Source of the DNA: Paraphysomonas bandaiensis
Lineage: Eukaryota > Protista > Chrysophyceae
Direction: 5' to 3'
Length of the DNA: 63,523 nucleotides
Assembly (NCBI GenBank): GCA_965644295.1
Contig: CBFFRP010000505.1
Coordinates: 1 to 63,523, forward strand
Part shown: positions 54,062-63,523 of the stretch, piece after piece
How the letters are laid out: every line of letters starts with the position of its first letter
Position numbering within the stretch: position 1 is the first letter of the stretch
Notes under the pieces: model-generated
Databases searched by the model: none
What the model saw: the letters and a program-made list of their open reading frames with translations, nothing else
Told to the model about the DNA's origin: nothing
Program-made: the position numbers and the translations under genes

Positions 54062-54912
54062 CACGTGAAGCAATGCGGCCTGATCACGTTTAGACTCCTG
54101 CTCGCTAATATATGGCTGGCCGATCTACGATACAGGCGCAACAAAGCAGTGTATTAGGACAGTGTCAATCATAAGTATTGACATAATATTGACATGCACG
54201 TCATACACTACAGGTACAGTGGGAATGTACAGCTATATGCGGTTTTGCCATTAATCTAGAAAACTGGCTCACGTACAGTGATGCGAGGGCCGTCGTCTTA
54301 CACTCTAACCCAGCACAAGGCTGAGCAGAGAAGCGCGTCTTAATTGCCAGCAACAAAACTCTCGTTAAGTGCTGACAAATCCCCGTTTAGGGAGGTGCCT
54401 TTATATCTCATATCCGTGTTACCGGAGAGAAGACCTGCACCCCACTGCGCCCCCAAGACCCACTTATACCATTCAACTCACATCAGTGCGCACAGTGCTG
54501 ATCAGACACATGTGAACAGAGAGTGTGAGTTGGTAGCATGCGACACACGCAACAGACCACTTCACGCCTGAAAACTAACCTGATTAATAGTGAACAACCT
54601 TCTTCTGCTGGAGATGAGACCGCATATCAGAGGAGTCTGTGCTATGATGGTATCATGTATGTCATGTGCTGTGGTGTGAGTATGTGTGTGCTGATCTGTG
54701 CACAAGAATTCAAATATCCTCCTCACACACATACATACATACACCTCTATGCGCATAGAGTACTACTCGTGCAAACGAATACATACACAATACTGCAGCA
54801 GTATAGTATAGTACAATATACCGGTATACGAGAAATACTCCTCAAATACTCCTCAAATACTCCTAAAAACGTGGGGAAAAAAAATCCCACGATTGCATAA
54901 TGTTTACTTCTC

Positions 54913-57900
54913 CTCCCGGAATACTCTACCCTGCACCCAACCCGACCCACGAAGGGACCATTGCTTGATCCCGACGACCCCACCGACAATGAATACCTAC
55001 AAGAACTACTCAACCACAGCCAAGCCGTGATGGCATCCCTTCCGGACTCAACGATTGCAGAGGTGGGTAACAGGGCAGTTATAGCCTACCTGGACGAATT
55101 AATTGACGCCTACCGAATAGCTCTCTCCGCTGACGTGCCTACAAAGACAGGTCTCCCACCTCAATACTGGGCTCAAACGGATGCACTCATCCTTATGGCC
55201 GAAACCCACGGTCTCCACATCAGGATATGGCAGGACCCAACGCTACCTACAGAGCCCGCATTCCTCAACCCCAATTGGGCTGCGTGGGCGGATCATCACC
55301 GTACCTTCTTTCCAGACACCCCGCGCAAGACGCCTCAGGACATATTCTGTTGTAATCAGCATTTCTTCCTCGACCTCAGGGAACCTGCAGAAGACGAACT
55401 CCACAGCCTCATGGAGCTCCTCCCATACCTATATGCTGATAGGCTTGTCCCACCCCTTCCATCCACCCCAGACTACACTCACCCTGCCCGAACCCAGCAG
55501 GGACCGGAATACGCCTCAGACAGCAGCGGCGATGGCCCGCCCACTCACAAGCATCCACACGACAATCCCCCAACGCGAAGAGGTGCGAAACCACACCGAC
55601 CCAGACCACGACAATTTGGACCTGGATACAGCAGCGACGACAGCAGCGATGGTCCGCCCAAGCGACGACCACGCAAACCCTCGACTGTGATCCGACAACC
55701 CACATCCACAGAAAATACCCACCAAGCCGATGCTACCACCACCTTGACAGCTCCAGAAACTGCGGTACAACCCCCCAGGCGACGCAATCGCGGCCTGACG
55801 CTAGCCGACTACTTTCCACCCATCCCGCAGTCCGAGTCCTCCGCCCGGTTCACCCCCAACGATCCACGTACACTCCCACCCACAGATCAAAACCCACAAG
55901 AAAACACCCCGGAACTAACACCTCTCACGCAAGTCAGGGCAACCCCACGCCCGACAACACCCCCCTTGACACCGCAACCCCAGCCTGCCCGACGAGGAGC
56001 GTCCCCGTTCACCAGTTCACTTGCCAACGCCTGGGCAGCATACGACAACACAAACCGAGTCGCAGTCTCCCTCCGCGAAGACCTGCTCTGCCACGTACAC
56101 AACACCGTCATGGCAGGCACGACTGACTGGACTCGACTATTCCACATCATCCACGATGATGCAAACTACATTCGAGTAGCCAACTTTGATTGGGAGGCTG
56201 ACTTCAGAGCCACGACAGAGCGCGGCCTAGGCCCCCTTGCAACCGCGTACCAACTCCACAACTCCCCCTCGCCAGGAGACTATCCCAAAGTCCCCCTCCA
56301 AACTGCTGATGAGGCAAAAGAACTGCATAAGTTCATCACATATCTCCAACGACTCTGTCTCGCTTCCGGACAGGCACACACGCACCGCCTACTCAGCATC
56401 CTTCAATGCGCGCACAAGGCTCTAACCACCATGCCCCCGCAGCGATGCGCACTCTCTGCAGATCAGCACATGGAGATCACTGACGTCCAAACACTGCTCC
56501 AGCTTCTTCGTACCAACTTCCGACTATGGAAAGAAACCTCAGACTCCTTATCTAGCGGCTGGGTAATGCTACACAACCACCACACCCACGACCCCAAGAC
56601 TGCAACCACACACAACGTCGCTGTAACCAACAAACATTGCTTCCTCCTACGAATACCGGATATCGGTTCCAAGCTCGACGATGCGCACTGCAGAGCCAAA
56701 TTGGCACTCTCCCACTTCATCCATCGCGCAGCACAGAGGACCCCACAGCCACACCCTAGAAAGGAGCATCAATCCCAAGCAGCCCTGCCAACGCCCACGT
56801 CACTATCGATACCCGCAGGCCACCTCACCCTAAGCACCACACAGCGGGGTGCCCGAGCCATAACCGCGCGCCTAGTCGAACCGGGCACCCATAACTCACC
56901 ACGAACAGCCATACAGACAGCTGGGCGTGTGTTACGAGTACACGTAACTACCGCGTCCGTCCAGGCAGCTCACCGCATACCCGCAAACGGGTACTGCGCA
57001 TACGGAACACTTTACCGACTGCACACGCTCTGCGTGGGAATGCGACACACAGCCAATCACTGGAATTTAGATCTCCGGAAACCAGAGCATCGACTACACC
57101 TAGGCCACTGGCTTGGCCAACTTCGGACCGCAGCACTAGACAGTCCACACTGCACACCAACCATCCTTAGCAAAACTGAGCACGCCATACACTCCCTTAC
57201 CCCCACATACACTACTCCGCAAGACATTCAACACTGGCTCTCCGTCCGCGAGCTACATATTCTATCCTCCTACATTGGCCCAGTCACCACATGGACAGCA
57301 GATGGTGACAACATCACAATCGTCGGAATCCCCGACGCACCAATCACTCACAGCCCCGCCTGGACATCCGATGAACTGAGAGATGCCATCACCGACGATC
57401 GACCTCACATTGTTCTGCACGACGCTCACTACTACCACCTTAATCCCAGAGGGCTAGCAGCGGAGCTAGACAACGCACTTCTTGATCTCGAAGCAGCATT
57501 TCTGAGCCCACAACTACACCGACCCACCAGTCCAACAGAACCTAGCACTAGGAACACCGCCCCTCCGGCGCCCCTGCCTCCGAAACAACCCCCCCAAAGC
57601 ATCACCCACAGCATCACACCCTGGCCGCCGACACCAACAAACTGCACGACGACCAACCTCCCCCGGAGGGGTCCCCACGTCTCCACATCCTTGACGTCAC
57701 CCGGAGACCACTCTCAACACCGCACGTACACGACAGCGGGCGCTCCCCCATCTGACGCGCCGCCACACATTCCTGAACTTCGAGATGTCCCCGGAATAAG
57801 AAGAGCCAAAGGAAAGAAAGCACGGAACCCAACGCCCGTCCCCACGCAAAAACAGCCTGCCCGTACAGCCCGCACCACGAGCTCTTACGCAGAAGACCCC

Positions 57901-58602
57901 GACGAAGTCCAAACGCACGCCATATACCGCCCGCGGGCCACTTTCAACACACTACTCCAAACGGCCCACCCACCCCTCCCACTCACCTGGGACCCAACGC
58001 TTCGATACAAGGTACTAATGGGCACGGCAGACACAGTTACCAAAGGGAACGCCCTGTACGCGGGAGAGCCAATCCCTGCCCATACCATTATTTCTGAGTA
58101 CACTGGACACCGCCTACCCATCGCAGAAGCCAGGTCCACCGGTTACATTTCCGACTACCTTGTGCAAGACGCGAAAGGTACATTTGCGATAGACGCAAGG
58201 GATAAACGAAGCAAAAGCATACTATGCGCAGCGGGGTACATAAATGATCCATTACAGGCCAGGGCGGCTAATGTAGAATTCCACACGAAAAATAACAAAA
58301 TCTACATCAGAACCACACGGAACATTGCAGCTCACGAGGAACTACTTGTACACTACGGGTACAGATACTGGCAAGACCCCAAGTGGCCGCTTGAGATCTT
58401 ATTACAAGCGAGAGAGGCATATGCTGACGACGTTGAATTCAATCACATGCACAGGCAACACCCAAGTCCCCAGAGCCGGACCACAGCCTGGCGTCATGTA
58501 CCACGACCTTCACATTCTCCACATGGAACGTCAACGGTAACCCCTCCAACAACCCAGGAAAAATCGAAGCTATCCTACACTACATACGCACACACCACAT
58601 AG
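54913..58602 (+). CDS. LINE upstream polyprotein segment: OTU-like 1 (C-terminal part), Pro/Thr-rich linkers, OTU-like 2 (~56970-57440), SET domain 2 (~58042-58371)
   Basis: Open >1200 codons; IPANGYCAY...WLSVREL...HYY; GNALYAGEPIPAHTIISEYTG...IDA...AGYINDP...ANVEF...TTRNIAAHEELLVHYGYRYW. Confidence 0.8.
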   Translation, partial: LPEYSTLHPTRPTKGPLLDPDDPTDNEYLQELLNHSQAVMASLPDSTIAEVGNRAVIAYLDELIDAYRIALSADVPTKTGLPPQYWAQTDALILMAETHGLHIRIWQDPTLPTEPAFLNPNWAAWADHHRTFFPDTPRKTPQDIFCCNQHFFLDLREPAEDELHSLMELLPYLYADRLVPPLPSTPDYTHPARTQQGPEYASDSSGDGPPTHKHPHDNPPTRRGAKPHRPRPRQFGPGYSSDDSSDGPPKRRPRKPSTVIRQPTSTENTHQADATTTLTAPETAVQPPRRRNRGLTLADYFPPIPQSESSARFTPNDPRTLPPTDQNPQENTPELTPLTQVRATPRPTTPPLTPQPQPARRGASPFTSSLANAWAAYDNTNRVAVSLREDLLCHVHNTVMAGTTDWTRLFHIIHDDANYIRVANFDWEADFRATTERGLGPLATAYQLHNSPSPGDYPKVPLQTADEAKELHKFITYLQRLCLASGQAHTHRLLSILQCAHKALTTMPPQRCALSADQHMEITDVQTLLQLLRTNFRLWKETSDSLSSGWVMLHNHHTHDPKTATTHNVAVTNKHCFLLRIPDIGSKLDDAHCRAKLALSHFIHRAAQRTPQPHPRKEHQSQAALPTPTSLSIPAGHLTLSTTQRGARAITARLVEPGTHNSPRTAIQTAGRVLRVHVTTASVQAAHRIPANGYCAYGTLYRLHTLCVGMRHTANHWNLDLRKPEHRLHLGHWLGQLRTAALDSPHCTPTILSKTEHAIHSLTPTYTTPQDIQHWLSVRELHILSSYIGPVTTWTADGDNITIVGIPDAPITHSPAWTSDELRDAITDDRPHIVLHDAHYYHLNPRGLAAELDNALLDLEAAFLSPQLHRPTSPTEPSTRNTAPPAPLPPKQPPQSITHSITPWPPTPTNCTTTNLPRRGPHVSTSLTSPGDHSQHRTYTTAGAPPSDAPPHIPELRDVPGIRRAKGKKARNPTPVPTQKQPARTARTTSSYAEDPDEVQTHAIYRPRATFNTLLQTAHPPLPLTWDPTLRYKVLMGTADTVTKGNALYAGEPIPAHTIISEYTGHRLPIAEARSTGYISDYLVQDAKGTFAIDARDKRSKSILCAAGYINDPLQARAANVEFHTKNNKIYIRTTRNIAAHEELLVHYGYRYWQDPKWPLEILLQAREAYADDVEFNHMHRQHPSPQSRTTAWRHVPRPSHSPHGTSTVTPPTTQEKSKLSYTTYAHTT

Positions 58603-61600
58603 ACTGTCTTTACCTGCTCGACGTCCGCCTGTCACAAAACCAGGCACTATACCTTGCTGACTACATCCAGGACCAGATTCCAGGGGCTCTTATCTGCAAC
58701 TTTCTCAACTCGACGCGGAAACAGGGCCCCAACGATCCGCACATGGGAGGAACTATTGCAGTGATCAGCGAAGCGTGGAAAGGAAGAGTCCGCCACACAG
58801 GCTCCGACTGCACTGGATTAGGGCTCATCTCTCGAATCGAATTTCACACCGGCAGACCTAACAGAGAAGAGAGATTCACTACCATAGGAGTGTACCTCCC
58901 CCCCAAGCCTGCGACCGATGGACCCTGCACACTGTGGACATCACTAAAAGCCTTCGGCAAGAATGCTCACAGGAACGGCGCCACGGGACCCTACGACATA
59001 CTCACGAACATCCTATCCAAATGGATCACCAAAGCCAGGGCAAACAACCACACAGTACTAGTTGGCGGAGATTTCAACGCCACCCTCGAGGGACAAACAG
59101 GTAAAAGGGACCTCAGAGGTTTAGCAAGATCCCTGCAGCTTACAGCCCCTCTCATACAAACCCTTGACCAGGAGGCACCATACCACACCTTTTACTGGAA
59201 AGACCGCGGCATCTCCAGAATAGACCATATACTACATTCTCCCCTTCCCACACACTTTCATAACGCTAGAAATGGATGCCACACATCTGATGCCATCACT
59301 GCTGCACCATTTGATCACAGACCGGTCTGGATCCAGATCGATATTAGCGGTACAGGCCCAACCCTTCCCAAGGAACGGCACCGTCAGATTCCTCCACGGC
59401 TCAACATCAACCCTGCTGACCACGACATGGTAGAAGAATTCCAGACCCACCTACACAACCACCACCACAAATTATCCACGCTCCCCACGCACCCCCACCC
59501 CGCAGAAAACGCAGCCATAAAACTGGCGCTCCTCCATCGTATCACAATAGAAGCGGCCCACGATACCCGTCACGCGGACAGAACCAAGAAAAACGGCATC
59601 CATGCAAAATGCCAACGGAAACGATCCCGGTTCAAGGATGGCTTCTCCGCCGAAATGAGAGTCCTACAAATGGCACTCCACCTGATCGTATATCTCAAAC
59701 GAAAGCTCTTTACCAGATCCGGCCACCTACACCCCCGTGTCACCGATGCATACTTATACAGCATCGTCCGGAGAGGAATCTGCAGATGGGAGCACACCCT
59801 GGCCGCCGACACCAACAAACTGCACGACGACCAACCTCCCCCGGAGGGGTCCCCACGTCTCCACATCCTTGACGTCACCCGGAGACCACTCTCAACACCG
59901 CACGTACACGACAGCGGGCGCTCCCCCATCTGACGCGCCGCCACACATTCCTGAACTTCGAGATGTCCCCGGAATAAGAAGAGCCAAAGGAAAGAAAGCA
60001 CGGAACCCAACGCCCGTCCCCACGCAAAAACAGCCTGCCCGTACAGCCCGCACCACGAGCTCTTACGCAGAAGACCCCGACGAAGTCCAAACGCACGCCA
60101 TATACCGCCCGCGGGCCACTTTCAACACACTACTCCAAACGGCCCACCCACCCCTCCCACTCACCTGGGACCCAACGCTTCGATACAAGGTACTAATGGG
60201 CACGGCAGACACAGTTACCAAAGGGAACGCCCTGTACGCGGGAGAGCCAATCCCTGCCCATACCATTATTTCTGAGTACACTGGACACCGCCTACCCATC
60301 GCAGAAGCCAGGTCCACCGGTTACATTTCCGACTACCTTGTGCAAGACGCGAAAGGTACATTTGCGATAGACGCAAGGGATAAACGAAGCAAAAGCATAC
60401 TATGCGCAGCGGGGTACATAAATGATCCATTACAGGCCAGGGCGGCTAATGTAGAATTCCACACGAAAAATAACAAAATCTACATCAGAACCACACGGAA
60501 CATTGCAGCTCACGAGGAACTACTTGTACACTACGGGTACAGATACTGGCAAGACCCCAAGTGGCCGCTTGAGATCTTATTACAAGCGAGAGAGGCATAT
60601 GCTGACGACGTTGAATTCAATCACATGCACAGGCAACACCCAAGTCCCCAGAGCCGGACCACAGCCTGGCGTCATGTACCACGACCTTCACATTCTCCAC
60701 ATGGAACGTCAACGGTAACCCCTCCAACAACCCAGGAAAAATCGAAGCTATCCTACACTACATACGCACACACCACATAGACTGTCTTTACCTGCTCGAC
60801 GTCCGCCTGTCACAAAACCAGGCACTATACCTTGCTGACTACATCCAGGACCAGATTCCAGGGGCTCTTATCTGCAACTTTCTCAACTCGACGCGGAAAC
60901 AGGGCCCCAACGATCCGCACATGGGAGGAACTATTGCAGTGATCAGCGAAGCGTGGAAAGGAAGAGTCCGCCACACAGGCTCCGACTGCACTGGATTAGG
61001 GCTCATCTCTCGAATCGAATTTCACACCGGCAGACCTAACAGAGAAGAGAGATTCACTACCATAGGAGTGTACCTCCCCCCCAAGCCTGCGACCGATGGA
61101 CCCTGCACACTGTGGACATCACTAAAAGCCTTCGGCAAGAATGCTCACAGGAACGGCGCCACGGGACCCTACGACATACTCACGAACATCCTATCCAAAT
61201 GGATCACCAAAGCCAGGGCAAACAACCACACAGTACTAGTTGGCGGAGATTTCAACGCCACCCTCGAGGGACAAACAGGTAAAAGGGACCTCAGAGGTTT
61301 AGCAAGATCCCTGCAGCTTACAGCCCCTCTCATACAAACCCTTGACCAGGAGGCACCATACCACACCTTTTACTGGAAAGACCGCGGCATCTCCAGAATA
61401 GACCATATACTACATTCTCCCCTTCCCACACACTTTCATAACGCTAGAAATGGATGCCACACATCTGATGCCATCACTGCTGCACCATTTGATCACAGAC
61501 CGGTCTGGATCCAGATCGATATTAGCGGTACAGGCCCAACCCTTCCCAAGGAACGGCACCGTCAGATTCCTCCACGGCTCAACATCAACCCTGCTGACCA

Positions 61601-63523
61601 CGACATGGTAGAAGAATTCCAGACCCACCTACACAACCACCACCACAAATTATCCACGCTCCCCACGCACCCCCACCCCGCAGAAAACGCAGCCATAAAA
61701 CTGGCGCTCCTCCATCGTATCACAATAGAAGCGGCCCACGATACCCGTCACGCGGACAGAACCAAGAAAAACGGCATCCATGCAAAATGCCAACGGAAAC
61801 GATCCCGGTTCAAGGATGGCTTCTCCGCCGAAATGAGAGTCCTACAAATGGCACTCCACCTGATCGTATATCTCAAACGAAAGCTCTTTACCAGATCCGG
61901 CCACCTACACCCCCGTGTCACCGATGCATACTTATACAGCATCGTCCGGAGAGGAATCTGCAGATGGGAGCACACCCTGGCCGCCGACACCAACAAACTG
62001 CACGACGACCAACCTCCCCCGGAGGGGTCCCCACGTCTCCACATCCTTGACGTCACCCGGAGACCACTCTCAACACCGCACGTACACGACAGCGGGCGCT
62101 CCCCCATCTGACGCGCCGCCACACATTCCTGAACTTCGAGATGTCCCCGGAATAAGAAGAGCCAAAGGAAAGAAAGCACGGAACCCAACGCCCGTCCCCA
62201 CGCAAAAACAGCCTGCCCGTACAGCCCGCACCACGAGCTCTTACGCAGAAGACCCCGACGAAGTCCAAACGCACGCCATATACCGCCCGCGGGCCACTTT
62301 CAACACACTACTCCAAACGGCCCACCCACCCCTCCCACTCACCTGGGACCCAACGCTTCGATACAAGGTACTAATGGGCACGGCAGACACAGTTACCAAA
62401 GGGAACGCCCTGTACGCGGGAGAGCCAATCCCTGCCCATACCATTATTTCTGAGTACACTGGACACCGCCTACCCATCGCAGAAGCCAGGTCCACCGGTT
62501 ACATTTCCGACTACCTTGTGCAAGACGCGAAAGGTACATTTGCGATAGACGCAAGGGATAAACGAAGCAAAAGCATACTATGCGCAGCGGGGTACATAAA
62601 TGATCCATTACAGGCCAGGGCGGCTAATGTAGAATTCCACACGAAAAATAACAAAATCTACATCAGAACCACACGGAACATTGCAGCTCACGAGGAACTA
62701 CTTGTACACTACGGGTACAGATACTGGCAAGACCCCAAGTGGCCGCTTGAGATCTTATTACAAGCGAGAGAGGCATATGCTGACGACGTTGAATTCAATC
62801 ACATGCACAGGCAACACCCAAGTCCCCAGAGCCGGACCACAGCCTGGCGTCATGTACCACGACCTTCACATTCTCCACATGGAACGTCAACGGTAACCCC
62901 TCCAACAACCCAGGAAAAATCGAAGCTATCCTACACTACATACGCACACACCACATAGACTGTCTTTACCTGCTCGACGTCCGCCTGTCACAAAACCAGG
63001 CACTATACCTTGCTGACTACATCCAGGACCAGATTCCAGGGGCTCTTATCTGCAACTTTCTCAACTCGACGCGGAAACAGGGCCCCAACGATCCGCACAT
63101 GGGAGGAACTATTGCAGTGATCAGCGAAGCGTGGAAAGGAAGAGTCCGCCACACAGGCTCCGACTGCACTGGATTAGGGCTCATCTCTCGAATCGAATTT
63201 CACACCGGCAGACCTAACAGAGAAGAGAGATTCACTACCATAGGAGTGTACCTCCCCCCCAAGCCTGCGACCGATGGACCCTGCACACTGTGGACATCAC
63301 TAAAAGCCTTCGGCAAGAATGCTCACAGGAACGGCGCCACGGGACCCTACGACATACTCACGAACATCCTATCCAAATGGATCACCAAAGCCAGGGCAAA
63401 CAACCACACAGTACTAGTTGGCGGAGATTTCAACGCCACCCTCGAGGGACAAACAGGTAAAAGGGACCTCAGAGGTTTAGCAAGATCCCTGCAGCTTACA
63501 GCCCCTCTCATACAAACCCTTGA
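57615..63523 (+). repeat. Tandem array of a 2178-bp LINE segment (SET2+APE): units 57615-59792, 59793-61970, 61971-end (partial)
   Basis: Identical ORF pairs offset by 2178 (58743/60921, 59737/61915); junction GATGGGAG-CACACC-CTGGCCG. Confidence 0.97.
58437..59933 (+). CDS. APE-type endonuclease (frame open from 58437, first ATG only at 58743); C-terminus cut by the duplication junction
   Basis: FSTWNVNG (TWN at 58521), GGDFNA, SRIDH, DHRPV. Confidence 0.85.
   Translation: MQSHAQATPKSPEPDHSLASCTTTFTFSTWNVNGNPSNNPGKIEAILHYIRTHHIDCLYLLDVRLSQNQALYLADYIQDQIPGALICNFLNSTRKQGPNDPHMGGTIAVISEAWKGRVRHTGSDCTGLGLISRIEFHTGRPNREERFTTIGVYLPPKPATDGPCTLWTSLKAFGKNAHRNGATGPYDILTNILSKWITKARANNHTVLVGGDFNATLEGQTGKRDLRGLARSLQLTAPLIQTLDQEAPYHTFYWKDRGISRIDHILHSPLPTHFHNARNGCHTSDAITAAPFDHRPVWIQIDISGTGPTLPKERHRQIPPRLNINPADHDMVEEFQTHLHNHHHKLSTLPTHPHPAENAAIKLALLHRITIEAAHDTRHADRTKKNGIHAKCQRKRSRFKDGFSAEMRVLQMALHLIVYLKRKLFTRSGHLHPRVTDAYLYSIVRRGICRWEHTLAADTNKLHDDQPPPEGSPRLHILDVTRRPLSTPHVHDSGRSPI

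Larger units (their letters stand above)
19952..54909. mobile_element. Non-autonomous TIR (DNA) transposon-like insertion, 34,958 bp, containing the satellite array and Gypsy copy 2
   Basis: TIRs 19952-19976 and 54885-54909 (AAGTAAACATTATGCAAWCGTGGGA, 24/25 match); subterminal TTTAGGAGTATTT at both ends; CTC duplicated at 19949-19951 and 54910-54912; the flanks rejoin to the LINE codons G-P-L-L-P. Confidence 0.85.
54910..63523 (+). mobile_element. LINE copy D, right piece (rest of the upstream ORF, APE), with internal tandem amplification; runs off the window end
   Basis: Resumes LLPEYSTLHPTRPTKGP exactly where 19951 stops; continues into an APE nearly identical to copy C. Confidence 0.92.

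Noticed and set aside
19952-54909. Polinton/Maverick or endogenous virus (large TIR-bounded block)
   Set aside because: No polB, integrase, ATPase or capsid genes; TIRs are short and the TSD is 3 bp, not 6 bp

Overview
Eukaryotic, entirely repeat-derived window (no recognisable host gene, RNA gene or CRISPR) that looks like centromeric/pericentromeric heterochromatin. (1) A LINE (non-LTR retrotransposon) family with APE endonuclease-RT-RNase H-CCHC is present as four large copies/fragments plus a ~25-bp 3' stub. Its upstream coding region carries two SET-domain-like and two OTU-cysteine-protease-like modules (order SET-OTU-OTU-SET-APE-RT-RH), which is the most unusual element here. (2) One LINE copy is split between two codons by a ~35-kb insertion (19952-54909) with 25-bp terminal inverted repeats and a 3-bp CTC target duplication. 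This insertion contains a ~26.9-kb complex satellite array with higher-order repeats. (3) A young, intact chromodomain-type Ty3/Gypsy element (47247-54061; 462-bp LTRs, CACG TSD) sits at the array edge. It has an IFDN RT motif, a single in-frame TGA between gag and pol and no tRNA-type PBS. A near-identical partial copy opens the window, nested in a LINE. (4) The window ends in a 2178-bp tandem amplification of the LINE's SET+APE segment. Domain calls come from motif recognition by eye and need HMM/structure confirmation.
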